Source: Candidatus Multivoradales bacterium
Lineage (GTDB): Bacteria > Acidobacteriota > Thermoanaerobaculia > Multivoradales > J023
Assembly (NCBI GenBank): GCA_965248925.1
Contig: CBDFLE010000006.1
Span: 3,840,001 to 3,904,000, forward strand
Length of the DNA stretch: 64,000 nt
Direction of reading: 5' to 3'
The notes under the pieces are model-generated. The model saw nothing but the letters and a program-made list of their open reading frames with translations, was not told where the DNA came from and did not search any database. Made by a program: the position numbers and the translations under genes. Of this stretch, positions 56,268 to 64,000 are shown piece by piece; position 1 is the stretch's first letter; each line of letters opens with the position of its first letter.

Positions 56268-56592
56268 GCTGGCCTCCCATTTAGAAGGGTGATGATCAGC
56301 TAGCGGGCTGACGTTAGTGCGGCATCTTGGCGGTCGGAGCAGACAGCCTCCGTCGCCACCGACCAGTTGCGCCGGCCGGACCGCAAAACGAGAGAGGCTT
56401 CCAGCTTCCTCTCACCCCTCCCAAGTCATGCCAAGGGAAGGTTGCCGGGCGGGTCGCTGTCGCATTGACCGAACCGGTATAGGAAAATGGACGCATCCTC
56501 GACGCTCGAGGTGAGCCAGTAGGGGGGGGGCTCACTCTCTCCTGCTGGCAAGCAGACGCTGATCTTGTTCGACAACCGAAAGGAGGAGCCCT

Positions 56593-57609
56593 ATGCCACT
56601 CTATGGCGCCATGGATCTACATTCAAACAACACTTATGTTGTCGTCCTCGACGACCAGGACCAATGCCTGCTGGATAAGAGGCTGCCTAATCGGCTCGAT
56701 GTCATCCTTCGCGAACTCGAGCCCTACCGATGCGAACTGGTCGGCTTTGCCGTCGAATCAACATTCCATTGGGATTGGCTCGTCGACGGTCTTATGGACA
56801 ACGGCTATTGCGCCAGGCTGGCCAACACCTGCGCCGTCCAGCAGTACAGCGGTTTGAAGTTCACTGATGATCGACATGACGCCCGATGGCTCGCCCATCT
56901 GCTCAGGTCAGGCATCTTGCCCACGGGCTACATCTAGCCCAAAGAGCAGCGACCGATCCGCGATCTACTGCGCCAGCGAGCCAGCTTCGTTCATCACCGG
57001 ACCGCCCATCTGCTCAGCCTCCAGAACCAGATCGTGCGCCAGACCGGCCATATGGTCAAAGGTAATGCGCTCAAACGGCTCACGCCAGAGGAGGTCTACG
57101 AGATTCTCGTTGACGAACATCGCGCTTTAGGCGCGAATGCTCATCTCGAAGTGATCGAGATCCTCAACGACCAGATTCACCATTTCGAACAGGCGGTTCT
57201 AGCTCACGCAAATCTCCAGCCTCGCTTTCGGGTGCTGAAGTCCATCGGTGGTGTCGGTCAGACCTTGGCTCTGACGATCATGTACGAAACCGGCGAGATC
57301 GACCGCTTCCCGGCCGTCGGGAACTTCGTTTCCTACTGTCGACTGGTGCAAGCTCAACGTCGAAGCAACAACAAGAAGAAGGGTGAGGGCAACCGCAAGA
57401 ACGGCAACCCCAACCTGTCCTGTGCCTTCTCCGAGGCCGCCGCCTTCGCACTGCGATTTCAGCAGCTGGCCCGACGCTTCTACGATCGCAATCGTTCCAA
57501 GACTTGCCACCCGGTCGCGATCCGTGCCCTCGCGCACAAGCTGGCCCGGGCGAGCTACTACTTGCTTCGCGATCAGACGCTCTACCAACCGGGTCGACTA
57601 TTTTGCTAA
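56593..57609 (+). pseudogene. IS110 transposase with one in-frame TAG
   Basis: AMDLHSNN, VESTF, KFTDDRHDA, GYI*PKE (TAG 56935-56937, same frame continues), SIGGVG, RSNNKKKGEGNRKNGN, ALAHKLAR. Confidence 0.9.
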
Positions 57610-57834
57610 ACCTTGGCCGGGGTCCTCAGCCAGAAAAGGTGCTGGACTGAGAACCACACCGGGTGATTGGAGACGATCCCGGCCAATTCCACATCGAGCG
57701 AAGAAGCGGGATGCGCCCACGCCGTGAGCCCTCAATGTGCTGGACCCGCCCACCAGGGCGGTGAGCCATGCGAGTGTCATAACCTCTGGACACGGCCTGG
57801 TACCGATAGTTTTCTGAGGCAAGTTTTTGCCAGG

Positions 57835-57870
57835 GGCGTTGGAGGTTCGGCTCGCCGAACCTCCAACGCC
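57835..57870. other. perfect hairpin in the IS110 3' non-coding end
   Basis: GGCGTTGGAGGTTCGG-CTCG-CCGAACCTCCAACGCC; no U-tract follows. Confidence 0.8.
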
Positions 57871-58571
57871 TTGATCCAGATGTGTGGCTGGTGCGGATCC
57901 CGATACGGGACCGACACCCGGCAAAAGAGAACCCCGGCAATGCAGCCTGCTACCTAGCTCACCAACTCTACGACCGCGATCTCGAACAAAGAGCGCTAAG
58001 GGGAGATCTTGCCCTTGACGGACTATCCGCTAATGTGTGGCACTTTTTTTGGAGCTCAGTGATATTAGAGGGTCGTCACCTCACGGGCTCCGTGCTGGCG
58101 GCTGCGCGCAGCTCGGTATAGCGCCGCAAGCCAAGTGCCCTGGGCAGTGATGGCCGGCGACGCTCAGCGGGCAAGGGTCCATGTGGCCCGGCTCTGATTG
58201 GGTAGACCCGCTTTCTCTGCCGAGGGGGGGAGAGAAATCCAAGAAATTCGCTCGGCTCAACGGGCTGGCCCGGTGTTGGTGCCACTTCGTCTATTTGGTT
58301 CATGATCTGCCCATGAAGTACCGAAACCTGTGGATCAACCTGCAGTCGCGAGAAGAGGACGAGATTGTCGTCGAGCATCAGGCGAAGCATCTGAGCGGTG
58401 ACATGACGATGGAGTGTGTGCCGATCTGGATTGCCGCGACAGCGATCCGGAAACGTCATTCCTGGACGCCTGTGGTGTCTGCGGTGGTGACAATTCGAGC
58501 TGCGGCATCTTTGCCGATGGATTCGAGAGCGGCGATCTTTCGGATTGGGACAGTCAACTGGGGGAGGCACG

Positions 58572-60797
58572 ATGACTCAACAAGGATCCACGACACCACG
58601 CCGGCCTGCTGGCGCCCGCCCGTTAGTGGCAGCGCTGATATTGACCTCGGGGTTGGTGGCTTGTGCCATCTTCGGCGGTGGGCTGCTCAGCGCCGATGAG
58701 GTGCTGAGCACTGGCGGCGCGCCAGCCGTGCCTTTATTAGCACCTGGTGTGGACGAGCATGGAGAGCTAGAGCTCCTGATTCGTCTGCGCGGTGTCGCCG
58801 CACCCAGCAAGCTGCACCAGATTGGCGAGAGCTACCGGGCTGAGATCGCCGGGTTGCAGGCGGAGCTGCTGGACATTCATCGCTCCCTGCGGCCTAGCCG
58901 TCCACTGTCTCCTGCCGAAGAACGCCGGCACCAGGCGGAGATCAGAGCCACCGGCCGGTGGCTTTTGCCGGCCGATGTGCTGCGCACGCAGCAGCTCGTG
59001 CAACGTAGAGAGCACCTCGAAGCCGACTTGGTCACGGCTGAGCAGCGCTTCGTTGCCGCGGCGGTAGGGGGTGAGATGCAGGCAGCCGCTGATTGGATCG
59101 AGTCGTTGGGTGGCGAGATCCTCGGCCGCGCCGCGAGGTGGAGTACGCTGGCCGTTCGCTTGCCGGCGGCTCGCTTGGCGAAAGTCAGCCACGATTCACG
59201 CATCATTGATGTACGGCCCCTGATCGAGCCGGTTTTAGTGCTCGATCATCATGTTCAGTCCCTGGGGATCGTCACCGGACCGTGGCAAGCTGGTTTTACC
59301 GCCGGCAGCCTCGGCTTGATCGATACTGGAGTGCAAGTCGATCATCCCGCCCTGCGGCATGTGACCTTCAGCTCGCGAGAAGGAGACCTTGACATCGACC
59401 TCTCGGGCCACGGTACCGCGATGGCGGGTATTCTGGTGAGCAACGACCCACTCTTTCGCGGTCTGGCCTTCGGCGCCTCGCAACTGCAGCTGGGGTCTGT
59501 ACAAACGTCCCGCATCCTCTCCGATCTGGCCTGGATCTGGGCGAGCGTGATCAGTCTCAGTGCCATTTCGCCCATGCACTCCGAGATCGATGAATTCGGC
59601 AGTTTTCGGACGATCGTCGCGCCGGTCGCTGGCAACAACATCCTTGGGGTGCTTGAAGTCGACGATTTCAACACCGTCGATCGCAGCGATGATCGAGTGG
59701 TCACTCCGCTGACCAATCTAACGGTACGTCGGCGGACTCTGTCGGCGCCGGGAACCAACACCCGAACCACCAACAATCTGTGGTTCGGCACCCGCCCCGA
59801 CTTCGTCGACGTTTCCGGTCGCAGCGCCGCCGTGGCTCACGTGTCGGGTCTGGCCGCTCTGTTGCGAAACTCCGGGGTCTCGCGGCCGATTCCGCTGCTG
59901 CTCAACACCGCCGATGCCTGGTCGGCGAACGGGCCGTTGGTGGGAAGTCACTACAATGAGTACGGCTGGGGCTATCTCGACGGTGGCGAAGCGTGGCTCG
60001 ATGCTGGCGGGGTGCTGTACGGATTCTTCGCCAAGGAACCTTTCCCCGAGACGGTGAAATCATACCGTGGCTTCATGTTCGCGGGTGAGAAGGCAACCCT
60101 CACCTCGCCCCGGCGAGTAGTGTGCTGGCAGATTGACAGCTGCGAGTTCGAGGTCTTCGAGACCTTTCTCGACCTGGATCTCGAGGTCTATCGCTGGGAC
60201 GACGGCACTCTGCTCGCCAGCAGCAGCGGCGCCAGCCATACGGTCGAACAAGTGAGTGTCGAGGAGGATGGGGAAGTCGTGTTGGTGGTCCATCGGCGCT
60301 CCGATTTCGACCCCCAGACCGTGGTTGGGCACGACTTTCAACTGGCGGCTGAAGAAGGCTTTGCCGAGGTCAATCTGTTGAATTATCCGGTGTTGCGTCC
60401 GGTCAACCCGGTGGTGTCGAGCTTACCCGACCAGCAAGTTTCTTTTGCGGTCGATATCGAAGGAGATCCGTTGAGTCCGACTTTCGAAAGCGTGGTGGAG
60501 TTTCGTTCTATTTCCGGTGGATTGGTGCCGGTCGGCCCACCGATAGTGAAGTTGGGAACCTTGGCGGCAGGAAGCCTCACCACCGTTCGTTGGAATTTGA
60601 TGTCCCCTGGTTCTAGGGGGGTCGAGCAGATTCGGTTGACGACCGCAGGCCACGGTTTCTTGCACCCGACAATTGCTCACGATTGGGATTTCGAGATCAA
60701 CCTGCAGAACCTCTCACCGGGCGAGAAGCCGGTGGTCGGCCAATGCGTTTCGCGCAACTGTGCCGCCGCAGGTTCCGGTCGTATTGCCGGACGCTGA
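58572..60797 (+). CDS. secreted S8 (subtilisin-like) peptidase, divergent
   Basis: GGAGG RBS, signal-like segment; LIDTGV (Asp), SGHGTAMAGI (His), VAGN, SGRSAAVAHVSG (Ser), YGWG. Confidence 0.75.
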   Translation: MTQQGSTTPRRPAGARPLVAALILTSGLVACAIFGGGLLSADEVLSTGGAPAVPLLAPGVDEHGELELLIRLRGVAAPSKLHQIGESYRAEIAGLQAELLDIHRSLRPSRPLSPAEERRHQAEIRATGRWLLPADVLRTQQLVQRREHLEADLVTAEQRFVAAAVGGEMQAAADWIESLGGEILGRAARWSTLAVRLPAARLAKVSHDSRIIDVRPLIEPVLVLDHHVQSLGIVTGPWQAGFTAGSLGLIDTGVQVDHPALRHVTFSSREGDLDIDLSGHGTAMAGILVSNDPLFRGLAFGASQLQLGSVQTSRILSDLAWIWASVISLSAISPMHSEIDEFGSFRTIVAPVAGNNILGVLEVDDFNTVDRSDDRVVTPLTNLTVRRRTLSAPGTNTRTTNNLWFGTRPDFVDVSGRSAAVAHVSGLAALLRNSGVSRPIPLLLNTADAWSANGPLVGSHYNEYGWGYLDGGEAWLDAGGVLYGFFAKEPFPETVKSYRGFMFAGEKATLTSPRRVVCWQIDSCEFEVFETFLDLDLEVYRWDDGTLLASSSGASHTVEQVSVEEDGEVVLVVHRRSDFDPQTVVGHDFQLAAEEGFAEVNLLNYPVLRPVNPVVSSLPDQQVSFAVDIEGDPLSPTFESVVEFRSISGGLVPVGPPIVKLGTLAAGSLTTVRWNLMSPGSRGVEQIRLTTAGHGFLHPTIAHDWDFEINLQNLSPGEKPVVGQCVSRNCAAAGSGRIAGR

Positions 60798-61054
60798 TTG
60801 CCGACCTCAAGCCGCGTCGGTGCTCAACTCCGCGGCCGCGGTAGATCCGTGGATCGCGGAGCGTGGGTACCAGACATCTGTCCAGCATTGGGGCGCCTTG
60901 CCGAGAGCGGTGCCGCCACTCTGCTCGCCAGGCCGTGGCGAACCACTGGGGGACCTATGGGCTTGATTCTTCACCGTTCGCTGCTAGCCGACCGTTACTT
61001 GCTGCCGAAGGTTTAGCTTGACGAGCGCTGGTAGGTGCTCCTCAACCCCCGTGT

Positions 61055-62140
61055 CTAGAGCGCCCTCTTGGCTTTGCGCACGGCGACGCCGATCTGGCGG
61101 CTCAGGTCCGCCGCGCTGCGACTGCCCCAGCCCGAGCTGCGGTAGACCACCACACCTTGATGATCGACCACCAGGTGGGTTGGAAACTTCCTCACCTGAA
61201 ACACGCTGCCGGTCAAGCGGCGATCCTGATCCGAGATCTGTGGCCAGGTCATGCCACGCTCGGCGACGAAAGCCCGCAGGGTGGATTCTTCGTCACCGCT
61301 GTTGATGCTCACGAAGACGAACGGGCTGTCGGCAAAGCGTTTGTTGAGCCGCTTGAGCTCCGGGATCGAGGCGACGCAGGGCGGACACCAGGTACCCCAG
61401 AAGTCGATCAGCACCACCTTGCCGAGCAGATCTTCGGAGGTGAGATACTCGCCGGCCAAGGTGGCAGATTCGAAATCGGGGATCAATGGCACTCGAGCAC
61501 GGCGCGGATTGTGGACCAGCGCTCGGGCGAGTTCTTCCTCCCTGCCTCTGGGCTTCTGAGCGAGAAAGGTCTCGAGTTCGGCAATGCCCTCGCTGTCGCG
61601 CCCTAGCTTGAGCAACACCAGGCCGAGGTTGAAATACACCACCGGAGAGCTTTGATCGAAGTCCAAGGTGCGGCGAAAAGCCTGCGCCGCCTGTTCGAGT
61701 TGGGCCGGGTCGTTGTCTCGCTGGCCTTCGAGCAGAGCTCGGCCGCGTTGATTGTGGGCACGGGCGCGGTCGAAATCGGACGGCGCGAGATCAATCGCCG
61801 TATCGGCTCGGCGGATCGCTTCCTTGTGGGCGCCGAGTTGATTGAAGGCTAGCGCCAGGCCCAGGGAGCAGCGGAAGACCGGCGCGTCGGCGAGCTTCTC
61901 GGCTTTCTTGAAGGCCTTGACCGCGGCTCGGTAGTCACTCTTCGCGAGGTGTTCTTCGGCTTCGATCAAGGATTGCTCAGCGGCCTGAGAGTCTGCCCAG
62001 GTCGGTGCCGCCAAGGTGGCGAAAATGAAGAGTAGCAACGGGATCGAGGGCAGTGGGCGAAAGCGAGTGAGGGAAGGAGGGGTCTGCCGCTGGGCAGATC
62101 TGAAATTGTCACTAGGAGGTGGCATCGATCTAGTCCTCAT
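61055..62140 (-). CDS. exported TPR-repeat TlpA/redoxin disulfide reductase
   Basis: Signal peptide, TPR helices, GKVVLIDFWGTWCPPCV, FPTHLVVD. Confidence 0.9.
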   Translation of the reverse strand: MRTRSMPPPSDNFRSAQRQTPPSLTRFRPLPSIPLLLFIFATLAAPTWADSQAAEQSLIEAEEHLAKSDYRAAVKAFKKAEKLADAPVFRCSLGLALAFNQLGAHKEAIRRADTAIDLAPSDFDRARAHNQRGRALLEGQRDNDPAQLEQAAQAFRRTLDFDQSSPVVYFNLGLVLLKLGRDSEGIAELETFLAQKPRGREEELARALVHNPRRARVPLIPDFESATLAGEYLTSEDLLGKVVLIDFWGTWCPPCVASIPELKRLNKRFADSPFVFVSINSGDEESTLRAFVAERGMTWPQISDQDRRLTGSVFQVRKFPTHLVVDHQGVVVYRSSGWGSRSAADLSRQIGVAVRKAKRAL

Positions 62141-62245
62141 AAGTAAAATAAATCAGTGAGTTGGGAGAATCACGGTGATTTATAGGGGGCAATGGGTCAA
62201 CGTGGCTTAAACCCTAGTCGTCAGATACACAATAAATTCGCTCGA

Positions 62246-63511
62246 TTACGGTAACTTCTCGGCAATCTTCGGGCGCTCCTGCGGCATCGCTGCCCATATT
62301 ACTAATCGCAGCTCACTGTCGTCGAGGACCGAGTACTCGGGGGTCCGTCCTGACAATTCCTGACTCTCCTCGAGAATGATCGGCACCCCGTCGCCACGCC
62401 GATCCATGAGGTGCGATCGGCCGAGGCCTGCTGATTTCGGGCTGGGGCAGCGCGCGAGTAGAGAGGCGATCAGCTCATTTCTGCGGTATTGACGTAAGGG
62501 CATGCTATCCGGGGTAAGAGTATTGGCCAGTCCGCCTGGAACGAATAATTCGATGCGATCCCGGAACATATGCAGGCGTATTCTGGCCCCGGCCATCGCG
62601 CAGTCGCGGTGGGCCACCGCGTTGACCAGAGCCTCGAAGATCGCTCGTTGGCTGAACTGTGGTTGCTCCTCGCGGGCAGTCGCTTTGGTAGCTTCGATTC
62701 GGCTGTTGCGGCGCACGAAATGGAGGGCTTCCGCGACTTGAACATCCAGCGGGCCGCCAAGATCTCGGGCATCGTTCTGGTAGTTGATGTCCTGTCGGGA
62801 TCCGGCGTAGCTGACCGTCTGGATCTCGGCGTGGGGAAGCCAGCGTTGTGGCTCCTGGGTCGCTAACAACACTCCGGAAACGGTCATCCTGGCTTGGCCA
62901 CCATGGTCTTCGGCGATGAGCCGCAGCTTACGCAGGGTAGTTCCGTCTAATTCATTTCCTGGACGCAGAAACTGCCGCACCCGGTCGTCATCGAGGTCTT
63001 GCGGAGAAGAGCCGGGGACTGTTGACTCGTCGAAGCGGATCACCCGGGTCTGGCTCCTTTCCTGGAACAGCCGCGCCAGCAGCTCAGGTGCCATCTCTCG
63101 CTTCGAGCTGCCGAGCCGGCGGAAGTATCCGCCAGGACTCTTGTGGACGAAGAGGCTATGGGGAACGTCGACCTGGATCAGCGGCACCAATTTCCCCGTT
63201 GAGTCGGGTAACTCGAGCTTGAGGATGATGGCGTAGAGCGCCGGCTTGACGGAGTCATTGCAGATCTCGCGTACCCACTTCTCCACTCCATCGAGTCGTT
63301 CCAGGGGTAGCCCTATAACCTCTCGAGTTTCATCGTCGACGCCTAGGACGACTGTTCCATCTCGCCCGTTGGCGAAGGCTGCCAGCTCATCAGCGAAGGC
63401 ATTGCGGAGAGGCTCCTTGACCCGCTCACCGGCCAGCAGCAAACGTTTGAATTCCAACTCGGAGTCCTCTCCGAGGCGAATCCGGCGTGCAAGATCAGTC
63501 AGCTCTGCCAT
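62246..63511 (-). CDS. AlbA_2/Schlafen-like domain plus HATPase_c_4 protein
   Basis: GEDSELEFK, AFANGRDGTVVLGVDD, EALVNAVAHRD, IELFVPGGL, RNELIA, MDRRGDG. Confidence 0.88.
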   Translation of the reverse strand: MAELTDLARRIRLGEDSELEFKRLLLAGERVKEPLRNAFADELAAFANGRDGTVVLGVDDETREVIGLPLERLDGVEKWVREICNDSVKPALYAIILKLELPDSTGKLVPLIQVDVPHSLFVHKSPGGYFRRLGSSKREMAPELLARLFQERSQTRVIRFDESTVPGSSPQDLDDDRVRQFLRPGNELDGTTLRKLRLIAEDHGGQARMTVSGVLLATQEPQRWLPHAEIQTVSYAGSRQDINYQNDARDLGGPLDVQVAEALHFVRRNSRIEATKATAREEQPQFSQRAIFEALVNAVAHRDCAMAGARIRLHMFRDRIELFVPGGLANTLTPDSMPLRQYRRNELIASLLARCPSPKSAGLGRSHLMDRRGDGVPIILEESQELSGRTPEYSVLDDSELRLVIWAAMPQERPKIAEKLP

Positions 63512-64000
63512 CGGCTGTCCCTCTGTGGGTCATGATCCGGCGGTAGCGGGTCTCGAATGCCTCGCGCCCGCCTTCCATGACTCGACATATCTCGTCTCGT
63601 CCTTGCTGCTCCTGAAGACCGCCTACGAAAGCAGGGTGGGTTTGGCCGGACTTGGCTTCGAGGGATATCACCAGCTCTGCATCCCCATGCACGACGATGT
63701 TGGGATTGTGGGTCACCACGATAATTTGGCGGCTTTTCTTTTGCTCGCGTAGACGTTGCACCAACAGATCATAGATCAAGATGCTGTCAAGGTCGTCCTC
63801 GGGCTGATCTAGAAGTATGGGTTCGCTGCCGTAGCCGAGCACGAAGGCCAGTAGCGCTGCTGTCTGCTGGCCGGGAGAGCCTTGAGCTAAGTCTCTTGAG
63901 CTTCTTTTTGGATCCCGCGGGTCAGTGAAGCTCACTTTGACCGCATCCTCGGGCTGGTATAAGGCTAGTCGATCTAGCCGCTCAGGGTGGAGGTCCCTTA
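63495..64000 (-). CDS. TrlF-like (Ppl-type) ABC/AAA ATPase, C-terminal part
   Basis: Frame open to the edge; PERLDRLALYQPED, GSPGQQTAALL, LDQPEDDLD, IIVVTHNPNIVVHGDAE, MEGGREAF. Confidence 0.85.
   Translation of the reverse strand, partial: RDLHPERLDRLALYQPEDAVKVSFTDPRDPKRSSRDLAQGSPGQQTAALLAFVLGYGSEPILLDQPEDDLDSILIYDLLVQRLREQKKSRQIIVVTHNPNIVVHGDAELVISLEAKSGQTHPAFVGGLQEQQGRDEICRVMEGGREAFETRYRRIMTHRGTADGRAD

Larger units (their letters stand above)
56275..58038 (+). mobile_element. IS110-family element (ends approximate)
   Basis: Transposase flanked by ~310 bp and ~430 bp non-coding ends; outward TTGACG at 58015-58020 near the right end. Confidence 0.6.

Noticed and set aside
53267-56937. Two in-frame TAG codons at probable Tyr positions (AM*ARG, GYI*PKE), suggesting TAG recoding
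   Set aside because: Conserved genes such as acs end at TAG at the expected place. One affected gene has other lesions and the other is an IS gene. Single TAC/TAT-to-TAG changes explain both.
58181-58699. 172-aa ORF upstream of the S8 peptidase
   Set aside because: No recognisable motifs or RBS, and it overlaps the peptidase start.

Overview
GC-rich bacterial window. Thermoanaerobaculia/Acidobacteriota-like is my inference from the protein families, not something the sequence shows directly. (1) 1-6.8 kb is an accessory hot spot upstream of acs: higBA, a REP-associated tyrosine transposase remnant split by an IS3 element, a PIN-domain pair ending in a 59-bp integron attC site, a graspetide-type precursor with a truncated ATP-grasp ligase, and vapBC. 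These modules are separated by a recurring ~25-33 bp motif and a 29-bp direct repeat. (2) acs and a membrane phosphatase/sulfatase-family gene are followed by a decayed tandem duplication of [sigZ-arsI / histidine kinase-response regulator]. (3) A long minus-strand surface-polysaccharide locus (16.3-54.7 kb) encodes DegT, WecB, GT39, a nucleotidyltransferase, a methyltransferase, ACP, FAAL, MBOAT, SGNH, GT4/GT2 enzymes, GNAT, a deacetylase, CapA, a carbamoyltransferase and Wzy. It is interrupted by a plus-strand island (nitrilase-like, winged-helix, GAF/PAS kinase, receiver), a ~1700-aa secreted lyase-like protein and a DDE IS carrying three internal palindromic sites. (4) The right end holds an SGNH hydrolase, an IS110 with an in-frame stop and long structured ends, an S8 peptidase, a TPR-TlpA, an AlbA/Schlafen-domain gene and a partial TrlF-like ATPase. 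No rRNA, tRNA or CRISPR array was recognised. The best candidates for an undescribed system are the nitrilase-wHTH-kinase-receiver island and the motif-delimited toxin-antitoxin cassette array.
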